A stretch of DNA of 64,000 nt from Myxococcota bacterium (GTDB lineage: Bacteria; Myxococcota_A; UBA9160; UBA6930). The notes under the pieces were generated by a model. It made no database searches, was not told where the DNA came from, and saw only the letters and a list, made by a program, of their open reading frames with translations. The stretch lies in contig OZ245002.1 of assembly GCA_965223415.1 (NCBI GenBank), positions 2,656,001 to 2,720,000 on the forward strand, written 5' to 3'. The position numbers and the translations under genes are program-made. Shown in pieces: positions 1 to 10,427 of the stretch. The first letter of the stretch is position 1. The number at the start of each line of letters is the position of its first letter.

Positions 1-459
1 GCTGCCGCCCATGAAGCCCTCGATGCCCTCGACGCTGGCGATGTTGATGATGCTGCCGCCGCCGCCCTCGAGCATCACGGGCAGGGCGGCCTTGTTGGAC
101 AGGAAGGTGCCCTTGATGTTGACGTCCATGGTGTGGTCCCAGGCTTCCTGCTCGAGCATGTGGACCATTCCGCCGCCGGCCACGCCCGCGGAGTTCACGA
201 CCACGTCGATGCCGCCGTGCTCCGCCTTCACCTGGGCTACCACCTCGTGGAGCCGCGCCTCGTCGCGCACGTCGCCGCTGACGAGGGTCGCCCGGGACGC
301 CAGCCGCGTCGCCTCCTCCCAGTCCGGCTCCGGCTTGTCCTGGAGGTCGAAGCCCGCGAGGGCCGCGCCCTCCTGCGCCATGCGCAGGGCGCAGGCGGCC
401 CCGATCCCCGATGCCGCGCCGGTGATGAACGCGACCTTGCCTTCGAGCCGTCCCGACAT
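1..459 (-). CDS. SDR family oxidoreductase (3' end outside window)
   Basis: Not in the ORF track. The reverse strand from ATG at 459 reads MSGRLEGKVAFITGAASGIGAACALRMAQEG (TGxxxGIG Rossmann motif), with a GGAG SD upstream. Close paralog of 54379-55155. Confidence 0.9.
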   Translation of the reverse strand, partial: MSGRLEGKVAFITGAASGIGAACALRMAQEGAALAGFDLQDKPEPDWEEATRLASRATLVSGDVRDEARLHEVVAQVKAEHGGIDVVVNSAGVAGGGMVHMLEQEAWDHTMDVNIKGTFLSNKAALPVMLEGGGGSIINIASVEGIEGFMGGS

Positions 460-474
460 GTCTGCTCCCTCGCC

Positions 475-2163
475 TCACCCGCCTCGCAGGACGTGGCCGG
501 GCAAGGCGCCGCTGGCCTCGCCCTCTTCCATGACGATCTCGCCGTTCACGATCGTCGCCGTGTAGCCCTTTGCGTCCACCACGTAACGCTCCGTCTCGGC
601 CGGGAAGTCCCGGACCAGCCGGGGCGTTCCTGCGGCGAGCCGTTCCGGGTCGAAGACGACGACGTCGGCAAAGGCTCCCTCGCGGAGGAAGCCGCGGCCT
701 TCCAGGGAGTGGACGGTCGCGGGCATGCCCGAGAGCCGCCACACCGCCTGCTCGAGGCTCAGGGTCTCGGGCACCCAGTCCGTGAGCAGCCGCGTCGTGT
801 AGTCGGCGCCGACGAACGAGACCAGGTGCGCGCCGCCGTCGCTCGAGCCCGCCATCACGTTCGGATCCTCGATGCCGGACTTCACGACCTGGTGGATGAA
901 CTGCTCGGCCACCTCGCTCGAGCGGACCTGCCAGGAGGTCTCGAGCTCCTCGGCGAGGGACAGGTCGAAGAAGGTGTCGAGGGGGTCGGCGCCGCGCTCG
1001 GCGGCGAGCTCCTCCACGCTCTTCCCGATCCAGGCGCGGTTCGCCTCGTCGCGCACGTCCTCCACTTCGAGCCCGTCCCAGCCCAGCACGACCGCGCGCT
1101 GGCCCTCGCTCTCCCAGTCGGCGCGAAGCCGCTCGCGGACTTCCGGCTCCCGAAGCAGCCGGGAGCGCTCGGGCTCCGGGCGGGTGAGCACGTCGCGCCA
1201 CGCGGGCATCTCGTCCAGGGCGAAGGTGTCGGAGAGCTTGAGGTGCAGGCCCATGGTGTTGGTGGTGAACTGCGGGTGCAGGCGGGCGCCCCGGGCGTTC
1301 GCCTCTCTGCAGAACTCGAGGGTCTGCTGCCAGCTCATCGGATTCTGGGGGGTCGGCAGCAGCAGGTTGAGCTCGATCGGCCGGCCGGACACGCGGTACA
1401 TCTCGAGGATGAGCTCCCGGTCCTTGGCGTCGTAGCCCTCGCCGAACGAGCGCGGGATGATCTCGAGAGCGCCACGCTCGAACTCGGCCAGCACCGAGGA
1501 CAGCGCGAGGATCTCCTCGGCGGAGGCGTGATTGCTCGGCACCTCCCGGCCGTCCTCGGCCACGTGGATGTCGAGCTGGGAGGTGGAGAAGCCGATCGCC
1601 CCCTCGCGCAGGCTCTGGCGCACCAGCTCCTGCATGGCGGCGACTTCCTCCGGCGTGGCCTCGCGCTCGGACGCGTCGTCGCCCATCACGAAGCGGCGCA
1701 CGGCGCAGTGGCCGACGAAGCTGCCGACGTTCACGCCGAGGTTTCCGTCGAAGCGCTTCCAGTAGTCGCCGAAGCTCCCGCCCTGGAAGCGCAGGCCCTG
1801 GGCGAGGGCCTCCTTCGACATGCCCTCGACGCGGGAGAGCATGCTGGCCAGCCAGGGGACGTCCTCGGGCTTCGAGGGCGCGAGGGTGAAGCCGCAGTTG
1901 CCGGCCAACACCGTCGTGACGCCGTGCCAGCAGGAGGGCGTCGCCAGCGGATCCCAGTCGAGCTGGACGTCGTAGTGGGTGTGGACGTCGATGAAGCCCG
2001 GCGCCACGACGAGGCCCTCGGCGTCGATCTCCCGGGCGCCGCGCTCCTCGACCCGCCCGATCTTCGCGATGCGGTCGCCGCAGATCGAGACGTCCGCCGT
2101 GTAGGAGGGCAGGCCCGTACCGTCGACGACGCGCCCGCCCCGGATCACCAGGTCCACTGCCAT
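475..2163 (-). CDS. N-acyl-D-amino-acid deacylase-like amidohydrolase
   Basis: DLVIRGGRVVDGTG, PGFIDVHTHYD, GNCG and SDGGAH motifs. AGGAGG SD before the ATG at 2163. Confidence 0.9.
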   Translation of the reverse strand: MAVDLVIRGGRVVDGTGLPSYTADVSICGDRIAKIGRVEERGAREIDAEGLVVAPGFIDVHTHYDVQLDWDPLATPSCWHGVTTVLAGNCGFTLAPSKPEDVPWLASMLSRVEGMSKEALAQGLRFQGGSFGDYWKRFDGNLGVNVGSFVGHCAVRRFVMGDDASEREATPEEVAAMQELVRQSLREGAIGFSTSQLDIHVAEDGREVPSNHASAEEILALSSVLAEFERGALEIIPRSFGEGYDAKDRELILEMYRVSGRPIELNLLLPTPQNPMSWQQTLEFCREANARGARLHPQFTTNTMGLHLKLSDTFALDEMPAWRDVLTRPEPERSRLLREPEVRERLRADWESEGQRAVVLGWDGLEVEDVRDEANRAWIGKSVEELAAERGADPLDTFFDLSLAEELETSWQVRSSEVAEQFIHQVVKSGIEDPNVMAGSSDGGAHLVSFVGADYTTRLLTDWVPETLSLEQAVWRLSGMPATVHSLEGRGFLREGAFADVVVFDPERLAAGTPRLVRDFPAETERYVVDAKGYTATIVNGEIVMEEGEASGALPGHVLRGG

Positions 2164-2247
2164 GGCCACCTCCTGGGGGGCCGATCATACAACCGGGCGC
2201 GACCGGCTGCCGCCGCGGCCCACGGCGGGGCGCGATATCCTGCCGCC

Positions 2248-3324
2248 GTGGACGAAGAAGAGCGGGATCTGCGGGGACCCCTCGAGGGCTGGCTGAACGA
2301 GCACCTGGAGGGCGCCCTGGACGTGCGGGTCGGCGAGCTCGCGGCCCACGGGAGCGGCTACTCGGCGGAGACGATCGTCGTGCCGCTTCGCCTGCGACGC
2401 GGCGGCGCGGCGCGCGAAGAGAAGGTCGTGCTGCGTCTCGAGTGTCCGGAGCCGGCCATCTACCCGGCCCAGGCGCCGGGCCTCGACGTGGAGATCGAGA
2501 TCCAATACCGCGCCATGCAGGCGCTGGCGTGCCACACCGAGGCCCCGCTCGCTCCGCTGCTCGGCCTCGAGCGGGATCCGGCGGTGCTCGGGCAGCCCTT
2601 CTTCGTGATGGGGTTCGTCGAGGGCGAGGTGCCGGTGGTGAACCCGGCCTACACGCGAGAGGGGTTCTTCGCCGACGCCGCGCCGGAGGAGCGCCGGCTC
2701 ATGATCGAGACCGGCATCCAGGCGATGGCACAGGTCCACGCCGCGGATTGGAAGCGGGCCGGCTTCGACTGGCTGGTGCCGTCGGGCGGGACGCCGGGCA
2801 CGAAGGCGCAGCTCGAGCTCTGGGAGGCCTTCGCGCGCCGCGAGCTGGGCGAGCGCGTGCATCCGCTCCTCGATCGCGCCTTCGAGTGGCTGCACGCGGA
2901 GCTTCCGGAGGACGGCGAGCTCGCAGTGAGCTGGGGCGACGCGCGGCCGGGCAACATCATCTATCGCGATTTCCGTCCCGCCTGCCTCACCGATTTCGAG
3001 AACATCGCCGTCGCCCCGCCCGAGCTCGACCTCGGCTGGTGGCTGATGTTCGACTGGACCATGCACGAGGCCGAAGACCTGCCGCGTCTTCCGGGCGAGC
3101 CGACCCGCGAGGAGCAGCGCGAGCTCTACGCGAAGGCCTCGGGCCGTGAGCTCCGCGACGTCGCCTACCACGAGGTGCTCGCCGCCGCGCGCTACTGCGC
3201 CATCGTCGTGCGCGTCACCAACCGCTACGTCGACCGCGGCCTCTTCCCCGCCGACCACGGCGTCTGGCTCGACAACCCGCCGGCCAAGGTGCTGGCCCTG
3301 ATGCTCGACGAGCGAGGGATCTGA
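2248..3324 (+). CDS. Aminoglycoside phosphotransferase (APH)-family kinase, ACAD10/11 N-terminal-like
   Basis: LGQPFFVMGFVEG, WGDARPGN (HGD-like catalytic loop), DFE and DLGWW motifs. GTG start at 2248; the upstream part of the ORF-track entry is antisense shadow. Confidence 0.85.
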   Translation: MDEEERDLRGPLEGWLNEHLEGALDVRVGELAAHGSGYSAETIVVPLRLRRGGAAREEKVVLRLECPEPAIYPAQAPGLDVEIEIQYRAMQALACHTEAPLAPLLGLERDPAVLGQPFFVMGFVEGEVPVVNPAYTREGFFADAAPEERRLMIETGIQAMAQVHAADWKRAGFDWLVPSGGTPGTKAQLELWEAFARRELGERVHPLLDRAFEWLHAELPEDGELAVSWGDARPGNIIYRDFRPACLTDFENIAVAPPELDLGWWLMFDWTMHEAEDLPRLPGEPTREEQRELYAKASGRELRDVAYHEVLAAARYCAIVVRVTNRYVDRGLFPADHGVWLDNPPAKVLALMLDERGI

Positions 3325-3326
3325 AG

Positions 3327-4211
3327 ATGGGACAGCCCGTGATCCTCGAGGTGGCGCTGAATGGGGTCACGACCCGGGAGCAGAACGCGACGGCGCCGGT
3401 GGAGCCGAAGCAGATCGCGGAGGATGCGCTGCGCTGCCTCGGGGCGGGCGCGGCGATCATCCACACCCACAGCGACCGGCCCCAGGCCCCGCCCCGGGAC
3501 GCGGCGGATCGCTACCTCGAGGCCTACCGCCCGATCCTCGAGCAGCGGCCCGACGCCATCCTCTATCCGACCGTCGGTTTCGGCGGCGACCGAGCCCAAC
3601 GCTTCGATCACCAGGTGCACCTCGCGGAGGCCGGCGCGATCCGCCAGGGCATCCTCGACCCGGGCTCGGTGAACCTGGGCGCGACCGGGCCCGACGGCTG
3701 GCCGGTGGCCATGGACTTCGTCTATGCGAACACGCCGACGGACATCCGGCGCATGGCAGAGATCTGCGAGGCGCAGCGGCTCGGGCCGAGCATCGCCATC
3801 TTCGAGCCCGGCTTCCTCCGCGTCATCGCCTCGGCGGCGCGGGCCGGCGCCCTGCCCCCCGGCGCCCTCGTCAAGTTCTACTTCAGCGCCGGCGGCTACC
3901 TGGGCGGCGGCGAGCCGATCTTCGGTCCGCCGCCGATCCGCGAGGCCCTCGACCTCTACCAGGCGATCCTCGGCGAGACCGACGTGCCCTGGGCGATCGC
4001 CGTCCTGGGAGGCTCCGTCTTCGACACGGAGATCGCCGATCTCGCCCTGGAGCGCGGCGGGCACCTTCGCGTGGGACTCGAAGACGCCGCCCAGGCGGAG
4101 AGCAACCTCGCAGAGGTGGAGCGGGCGGCCTCCCTGGCCGCGGCCCGCGGCCGGCGCCTCGCGACCACCGCCGAGACCGCGGAGCTGCTGGGCCTCCCGC
4201 GAACCGCCTGA
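3327..4211 (+). CDS. Beta-keto acid cleavage enzyme (BKACE/DUF849)
   Basis: ILEVALNG, GAAIIHTH (HxH), DPGSVN, FEPG and GGHLRVGLED motifs. Confidence 0.88.
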   Translation: MGQPVILEVALNGVTTREQNATAPVEPKQIAEDALRCLGAGAAIIHTHSDRPQAPPRDAADRYLEAYRPILEQRPDAILYPTVGFGGDRAQRFDHQVHLAEAGAIRQGILDPGSVNLGATGPDGWPVAMDFVYANTPTDIRRMAEICEAQRLGPSIAIFEPGFLRVIASAARAGALPPGALVKFYFSAGGYLGGGEPIFGPPPIREALDLYQAILGETDVPWAIAVLGGSVFDTEIADLALERGGHLRVGLEDAAQAESNLAEVERAASLAAARGRRLATTAETAELLGLPRTA

Positions 4212-4255
4212 AGAGCAACCGGGCTACCATCGCCGGCCCGGCCCGAGGAGGACCC

Positions 4256-5983
4256 ATGCTCGACGTGCGCATCGACGGTGGAACGATCATCGACGGAACC
4301 GGAGCGCCCGGCCGCGACGCCTCGGTCGGCCTCCGCGACGGCCGGGTCGTGGCCGTGGGCGAGGTGGTCGAGGACGCGCGGCAGGTCTTCGACGCCGCCG
4401 GCAGGATCGTCTGCCCGGGCTTCGTCGACGTGCACACCCACTACGACGCCCAGGCCTTCTGGGACGGCACGCTCTCCCCCTCCCTCTACCACGGCGTCAC
4501 CACGGTGGTCGGCGGAAACTGCGGCTTCAGCATCGCGCCCCTCGTCCCCGAGGCCGGCCCCTACCTGATGCGGATGCTCGCGCGGGTCGAGGGCATGCCC
4601 CTCGAGAGCCTCGAGGCCGGCGTGCCCTGGGATTGGAGTGGCTTCGGCGAGTACCTCGGCAAGCTGGAGGGGCGGCTCGCCGTGAACGCCGGCTTCATGG
4701 TCGGGCACTCGGCCGTGCGCCGGGTGGTGATGGGCGAGCGCGCCGTCGGCGAGGAGGCCAGCGAAGAAGAGCTCGAGCAGATGATCGCCCTCCTGCAGCG
4801 ATCGATCCGCGAGGGCGGGCTCGGCTTCTCCTCCTCCGTGGCGCCGACCCACAACGACGGCGAAGGCCACCCGGTGCCGTCCCGCCACGCCAGCCGCGAG
4901 GAGCTGGTGGCGCTGGCCGGCGCGATCCGCGATCTGCCGGGCACGGCACTGGAGTTCCTCCCTGGCGTCGGCCAGTTCACCGACGAGCAGAAGCAGTTGA
5001 TGACGGACCTCTCCCTCGCCGCGAACCGTCCGCTCAACTGGAACCTGCTCGCACCGAGCTCCCAGAACCCCGACATGGTCGAGGCGCAGCTCTCGGCGGG
5101 GGACTACGCCGCGGATCGCGGCGCGACAGTCGTCGCCCTCACGGTGCCCCAGACTCCGACGGTGCGTCTCAACCTGGTATCGGGCTTCGTCCTCGACGCG
5201 CTGCCCGGTTGGGCCGAGCTGTTCCGGCAGCCGGTCGAGGAGCGCAAGCGGCGGCTCCGGGATCCCGCCTACCGCAAGCAGCTCGACGAGGGCGCGAACT
5301 CGGAGGGCGCCGGCCTGCTCCGCGGGCTGGCCGCCTGGGAGCGCATGGTCGTCGACCAGGTGCACGCGCCCGAGAACGAGAAGCACAGGGGCCGCAGCAT
5401 CGGCGAGATCGCCTCGGAAGAGGGCAAAGCCCCCTTCGACTGCATGCTCGACATGGCCCTGGCCGACGACCTGCACACCTCCTTCATGCCGAGCTTCGGC
5501 GAGGACGACCAGGCGACCCGGGAGCTGCGCGCCCAGGTGTGGAAGGACCCGCGGGCGGTGATCGGCGCCTCCGACGCCGGCGCACATCTCGACATGATCG
5601 ATACTTTCGCCTTCTCGACGAAGGTGCTGGAAGCGGTGCGGCGGGACGGGCTCATCTCCTGGGAGGAGGCGATCCACCAGCTCACCGACGTGCCGGCGCG
5701 CCTGTACGGCATGAAGCGGCGCGGCCGGCTCCAGGAGGGCTGGCACGGCGACGTGGTCGTGTTCGATCCGGAGACCGCCGCCAGCGGTCCCGTCCATACC
5801 CGCTTCGACCTGCCGGGGGACGCGGGGCGGCTCTACGCCGACGCCGTCGGCGTAGAGCACGTGTTCGTGAACGGCACGGAGATCGCGGGCGACAACGACC
5901 ACACGGGCGCCCTGCCCGGCACCGTCCTGCACCCCGGCCGCGACACCGACACGGTGGAGGTTCCCGGCGGACGCCGGGCCTAG
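4256..5983 (+). CDS. N-acyl-D-amino-acid deacylase-like amidohydrolase
   Basis: PGFVDVHTHYD, GNCGFS and SDAGAH motifs. GAGGAGG SD. Paralog of 475-2163. Confidence 0.9.
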   Translation: MLDVRIDGGTIIDGTGAPGRDASVGLRDGRVVAVGEVVEDARQVFDAAGRIVCPGFVDVHTHYDAQAFWDGTLSPSLYHGVTTVVGGNCGFSIAPLVPEAGPYLMRMLARVEGMPLESLEAGVPWDWSGFGEYLGKLEGRLAVNAGFMVGHSAVRRVVMGERAVGEEASEEELEQMIALLQRSIREGGLGFSSSVAPTHNDGEGHPVPSRHASREELVALAGAIRDLPGTALEFLPGVGQFTDEQKQLMTDLSLAANRPLNWNLLAPSSQNPDMVEAQLSAGDYAADRGATVVALTVPQTPTVRLNLVSGFVLDALPGWAELFRQPVEERKRRLRDPAYRKQLDEGANSEGAGLLRGLAAWERMVVDQVHAPENEKHRGRSIGEIASEEGKAPFDCMLDMALADDLHTSFMPSFGEDDQATRELRAQVWKDPRAVIGASDAGAHLDMIDTFAFSTKVLEAVRRDGLISWEEAIHQLTDVPARLYGMKRRGRLQEGWHGDVVVFDPETAASGPVHTRFDLPGDAGRLYADAVGVEHVFVNGTEIAGDNDHTGALPGTVLHPGRDTDTVEVPGGRRA

Positions 5984-5992
5984 GGGAGGACC

Positions 5993-6850
5993 ATGAAGGA
6001 CCTGAGCTGCTTCGACGTCGACCTCAAGGACCACGTGGCCCACGTGAGGCTCTCGCGGCCCGAGGCCCTGAACAGCATGAACCGCGCCTTCTGGCGCGAG
6101 CTCCCCGCCCTCGTCGACGAGCTGGACGCGGAGGCCCTTGCCCGGGTGATCGTGCTGTCCTCCACCGGGAAGCACTTCACCGCGGGCATGGACCTTGCGG
6201 TCTTCCAGGGCGTCGGCCAGGGACCGGTCGGCGGCGAGACCGAAGCGCGGGAGATGGGTCGCCTGCGCGCCACCACCCGCGAGAGCGTCTTCGTCTTCCA
6301 GGAGGCCTTCAACGCCCTGGAGCGCGCGCGCATGCCGGTGATCGCCGCGGTCCAGGGCGGTTGCGTGGGCGGCGGCGTCGACATGATCAGCGCCTGCGAC
6401 ATGCGCTACTGCACCGAGGACGCCTTCTTCTGCATCCAGGAGATCAACCTGGGGCTCACCGCCGACGTCGGCACCCTCCAGCGGCTCCCGAAGCTCGTCC
6501 CGGAGGGGGTGGCCCGCGAGTACGCCTACACCGGCCGGCGCATGTCCGCCCAGCGGGCCCTCGAGATCGGCCTCGTGAACCAGGTTTACCCGACCCAGGA
6601 CGCCATGCTCGCCGACGTGCTCGCGATCGCCGGGGAGATCGCGGAGAAGTCCCCGCTGGCCGTGTGGGGCTCGAAGGAGATGCTCAACTACACGCGGGAC
6701 CACAGCGTGCAGGAGGGGCTCCAGCACATCGCCACCTGGCAGTCGGGCATGTTCTTCGGCCAGGACATGGCGGAGGCCTTCCAGGCGAAGCAGGAGCAGC
6801 GCAAGCCCCGCTTCGAGGGCCTGCCGCGGCGCTACCGCCTTCCGGAGTAG
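5993..6850 (+). CDS. Enoyl-CoA hydratase/isomerase (dienoyl-CoA isomerase-like)
   Basis: FTAGMDL, PVIAAVQGGCVGGG and EINLGLTADVGTLQRL crotonase motifs. Confidence 0.9.
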   Translation: MKDLSCFDVDLKDHVAHVRLSRPEALNSMNRAFWRELPALVDELDAEALARVIVLSSTGKHFTAGMDLAVFQGVGQGPVGGETEAREMGRLRATTRESVFVFQEAFNALERARMPVIAAVQGGCVGGGVDMISACDMRYCTEDAFFCIQEINLGLTADVGTLQRLPKLVPEGVAREYAYTGRRMSAQRALEIGLVNQVYPTQDAMLADVLAIAGEIAEKSPLAVWGSKEMLNYTRDHSVQEGLQHIATWQSGMFFGQDMAEAFQAKQEQRKPRFEGLPRRYRLPE

Positions 6851-6853
6851 GGC

Positions 6854-9046
6854 GTGCGGCGTGCCATTGCAGCGGCGCTCCTGGTGGTCGGCGGAGGCTG
6901 CGGAGAGCTGCGAAGTGACGGGCAGATCGAAGGCGCCCGCCTCCCCGAAGCCGTGGTCGAGGCGAAGAATGCCCGCCAGGGCCAGATCCTGTTCGGCGAT
7001 CTCCACGTCCACACCACCTTTTCCGCCGATGCCTTCGAGCGCTCTCTCCCGATCAACATGGGCGAAGGCGCCCACCCTCCGGCCGACGCCTGCGACTTCG
7101 CGCGCTACTGCGCCGCCCTCGACTTCTGGAGCATCAACGACCACGCGGGAATGACCTCGCCGCGAATGTGGCGGGAGATCAAGAGCTCCATCCGCGAGTG
7201 CAACGCCCGCGCGGGCGACCCGGCGAACCCGGACATGGTCTCCTTCCTCGGCTTCGAGTGGACCCAGATCGGCGCCACGCCGGAGACCCACTACGGCCAC
7301 AAGAACGTGATGTTCCTCGACACGGCCGACGATCGCGTGCCCGCCCGCGCCATCGCGGCCGGATCGGGTGTGGAGAACTTCAACGTCGGGCTCGACAGCG
7401 GCGGAGTCCTCCTGAACCTGATGAAGCGCCCGCTCCTCGACTTCGAGAACCGCGACGAGTATCTCGACAACCTGCGTCACATGTTCGAGACCCAGGGGCT
7501 CCCCGCGTGCCCGGCCGATCTCCCTTCCCCGGAGCTTCCCGGCGAGTGCCAGGAGATCGCACGTACGCCGGACGTCCTCTTCGAGAAGCTCGATCAATGG
7601 AACGTGCCCACCCTCGTACTGCCCCACGGCAACGCCTGGGGGATGTACACGCCGCCGGGCTCCACCTGGGCCAAACAGCTCAGCGGCGCCATGCACGACC
7701 CGGCTCGGCAGACCCTGATCGAGGTGTTCTCCGGCCACGGCAACTCCGAGGAACATCGGGCGTGGCGGGGCACGCGCTTCGACGCCGCGGGCGAGCCCTT
7801 CTGCCCCGAGCCGATGGACGACTACCTGCCCTGCTGCTGGCGCGCCGGCGAGATCATCCGCGAGCGCTGCCAGGATCCGAGCTCGGCCGAGTGCGACGAG
7901 CGCGTGGCAGAGGCACGCCGCAACCACGTGCTCGCCGGTGCCAGTGGCCTTCTCACGATCGAGGGCGAGGGCCCGGAGGATTGGCAGGGCTGCGGCCAAT
8001 GCACCGACTGCTTCCTGCCCGCCTTCAACTACCGTCCCGGGACGTCGGTGCAGGCGGCCGTCGCCACGACCGGCGAGGACGGGAAGCGCTTCCGCTTCGG
8101 CTTCCTCGCCTCCAGTGACAACCACTCGGCACGGCCCGGCACCGGCTACAAGGAGTACGGCCGGCATTGGATGACCGACCTCGGCGGCCCGGTGAGCGAG
8201 GCGTGGGCGCCCCGGATCTACGGCGAGCGGGGACCGGAGAGCCCGCGCTCCCGCCATCCCTCCGAGATCGAGATCGACACCACCCAGAGCCTCTTCGGCA
8301 TCGAGCGCGCCACCTCCTTCATGTTCACCGGAGGCCTGGTCGCCGTCCACGCGGCGGGGCGAAGCCGCGAGGCGATCTGGGAGGCTCTCGAGCGCAAGCG
8401 GGTCTACGGCACGAGCGGCCCGCGCATCCTGCTCTGGTTCGAGCTCCTCCACGAGAACGGGATCCTTCCGATGGGCAGCGAGACGATCTCCACCGAAGCG
8501 CCCCGCTTCCGCGTGCGGGCGGCCGGCGGATTCCGGCAGCAGCCCGGCTGCCCCGCCTACGCCCACGCGGGCCTCTCTCCGGAACGGCTCGAGCGGCTCT
8601 GCCGCGGCGAGTGCCAGAACCCGGGCGACGTGCGGCACCCCATCAGCCGGATCGAGGTGATCCGCATCCGCCCCCAGCAGGCACCCGGCGAGCCTCTCGC
8701 GCCGTTGATCGAGGACCCGTGGCTCACGCTGGCCTGCCCGGGCGACGCCGAGGGCTGCTCCGTCGAGTTCGAAGACCCGGAGTTCGCCGAGGCCGGCCGC
8801 GACTCCGTCTACTACGTCCGGGCGCTGCAGGAGCCGACCCCGGCGGTCCGCGGGAACCCGCTCGTTCCCTGTCCGAGCGGCTACCTCACACCTCCCGAGG
8901 AGGACTGCCTCGCGCCCGTGGAAGAGCGCGCCTGGTCCTCGCCGATCTACGTCGATTTCCCGCGCTCCGTCCCGGCGGCAAGCGCGATCCAGACCCGATC
9001 AGGCGCAAGTCCTCACCGCTCGCCAGTCGCTCCGCCGCGACCGTGA
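6854..9046 (+). CDS. DUF3604-like exported PHP-fold metallohydrolase
   Basis: Signal/lipobox-like N-terminus, FGDLHVHTTFS, INDH, FEWT, SSDNH, YGTSGPRI and YYVRALQEP...ERAWSSPI. The last ~25 codons run over an AraC remnant. Confidence 0.8.
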   Translation: MRRAIAAALLVVGGGCGELRSDGQIEGARLPEAVVEAKNARQGQILFGDLHVHTTFSADAFERSLPINMGEGAHPPADACDFARYCAALDFWSINDHAGMTSPRMWREIKSSIRECNARAGDPANPDMVSFLGFEWTQIGATPETHYGHKNVMFLDTADDRVPARAIAAGSGVENFNVGLDSGGVLLNLMKRPLLDFENRDEYLDNLRHMFETQGLPACPADLPSPELPGECQEIARTPDVLFEKLDQWNVPTLVLPHGNAWGMYTPPGSTWAKQLSGAMHDPARQTLIEVFSGHGNSEEHRAWRGTRFDAAGEPFCPEPMDDYLPCCWRAGEIIRERCQDPSSAECDERVAEARRNHVLAGASGLLTIEGEGPEDWQGCGQCTDCFLPAFNYRPGTSVQAAVATTGEDGKRFRFGFLASSDNHSARPGTGYKEYGRHWMTDLGGPVSEAWAPRIYGERGPESPRSRHPSEIEIDTTQSLFGIERATSFMFTGGLVAVHAAGRSREAIWEALERKRVYGTSGPRILLWFELLHENGILPMGSETISTEAPRFRVRAAGGFRQQPGCPAYAHAGLSPERLERLCRGECQNPGDVRHPISRIEVIRIRPQQAPGEPLAPLIEDPWLTLACPGDAEGCSVEFEDPEFAEAGRDSVYYVRALQEPTPAVRGNPLVPCPSGYLTPPEEDCLAPVEERAWSSPIYVDFPRSVPAASAIQTRSGASPHRSPVAPPRP

Positions 9047-9140
9047 GCCTGCGGCGTCGCAGATACGTGCCGAACGGCTCCCCGGTCCAAGCGCGGAAGA
9101 GACGTGAGAAACACGGCGGTGAGAAGCCCGCTTCCTCCGA
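8971..9140 (-). pseudogene. AraC-family HTH remnant
   Basis: Reads EEAGFSPPCFSRLFRAWTGEPFGTYLRRRRLTVAAERL, then after a frameshift IALAAG. No start codon and no second HTH. Confidence 0.65.
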
Positions 9141-9150
9141 TCGAGTCCCG

Positions 9151-9163
9151 GGTGCCTGTCCCC
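9151..9163. repeat. REP-like motif GGGGACAGGCACC (reverse strand)
   Basis: ggtgcctgtcccc resembles the GGGG(A/C)C cores of the other intergenic repeats in this window. Confidence 0.4.
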
Positions 9164-9261
9164 GGGCAATCGCCCGGGGGGCTTCGCGGACGGCCCCGAT
9201 CGGTCGAGGGCCCCCGGGCTCTGCGATACCGTCTCCGGCGACCCGCAGCCGAGGGAGACCC

Positions 9262-10419
9262 ATGGATTTCCGCTGGCCGGACGAGTATCTGGCCTTCCGC
9301 GACGAGGTGGAGGCCTTCATTCACGAGTGGCGCACGCCGGAGCTCCAGGCGGAGCAGCGCGAGCGCGAGGGCGCCCCGGGGCCGCTCACCCGACGGTACT
9401 ACGAGGCCCTCCAGGCCAAGGGCTGGATGCGCATGTGCTGGCCCGCCCGGATGGGAGGCGAGGGCCGGGACCCGATGTACCAATTCATCCTCGTCGAGAC
9501 GATGGAGTACTGGCGGATGCCCTACGGCAACCTCACCTTCACGTCGGTCGCCCCTTCGATCGCCCAGTACGGCACCGACGACCAGAAGGCGCGCTACCTG
9601 CCCGGGATCTGGAACGGCGATCTCACCTTCGCCATCGGCTACAGCGAACCGAACGCCGGCACGGACCTCGCGTCCCTACGCACGAAGGCCGAGAAGGTGG
9701 ACGGCGGCTGGAAGGTGAACGGCCAGAAGATCTGGACCTCCCTGGCCGCCCACTCGACGCACATCTGGCTCGCCGCGCGCACGGATCCGGAGGCGAAGAA
9801 GCACGCAGGCATCTCCGTGCTGATCGTGGAGACCGACTCGCCGGGCGTGACGATCCGCCCCCTCCAGACGATCAGTGGCCTCAAGACTTACGAGACCTTC
9901 TACGACGACGTGTTCGTCCCCGACGGGGACCTGGTGCCACCGCTGAACGGCGGCTGGACCACGATCATGCACGCGCTGAACCACGAGCGTGTCGGTCTCT
10001 CCCCGACGAGCAACCTGGTTCGGCCCTACGACATCCTGGTCGAGCACCTGCAGAAGAACGCGCCCGACAAGCTGGCGGATCCGGTCGTGCGCAACCGGCT
10101 GGCCGAAATGCGCATGGAGTTACAGCGCCACCGGGCGCTGGCGATCCGCAACGCCGTCACGATCGCGACCGGGGCGATCAAGCCGGGCGAGGCGTCGATG
10201 GCGAAGATCTCGGGCAGCGAGCTGCGCTACCGGATGTCGACGCTGGCGATGGACATCCTCGGGCGCGCCGGCGGCCTCGCCCGCCAGGACGGCGCAGCCG
10301 TCGAAGGCGGGCACATCCAGAACAACTACCTGGCCTCGCCGATCCTGCGTTTCGGCGGCGGCACCAACGAGGTGCAGCGCAGCATCATCGCGACGCGCCA
10401 CCTCGGCATGACGCGGTAG
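9262..10419 (+). CDS. Acyl-CoA dehydrogenase, catalytic subunit
   Basis: GYSEPNAGTDL, NGQKIWTS, LNHER and GGGTNEVQR motifs. ATG at 9262 after GGGAG. Confidence 0.92.
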   Translation: MDFRWPDEYLAFRDEVEAFIHEWRTPELQAEQREREGAPGPLTRRYYEALQAKGWMRMCWPARMGGEGRDPMYQFILVETMEYWRMPYGNLTFTSVAPSIAQYGTDDQKARYLPGIWNGDLTFAIGYSEPNAGTDLASLRTKAEKVDGGWKVNGQKIWTSLAAHSTHIWLAARTDPEAKKHAGISVLIVETDSPGVTIRPLQTISGLKTYETFYDDVFVPDGDLVPPLNGGWTTIMHALNHERVGLSPTSNLVRPYDILVEHLQKNAPDKLADPVVRNRLAEMRMELQRHRALAIRNAVTIATGAIKPGEASMAKISGSELRYRMSTLAMDILGRAGGLARQDGAAVEGGHIQNNYLASPILRFGGGTNEVQRSIIATRHLGMTR

Positions 10420-10427
10420 GAGCGGCC

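Noticed and set aside
3956..8638. Very long ORFs such as 3956-8638(-), 24505-28470(+), 30277-33612(+), 37758-41336(-) and 47450-50791(-)
   Set aside because: Antisense or alternate-frame shadows of recognisable genes, expected in high-GC DNA. They show no protein motifs.
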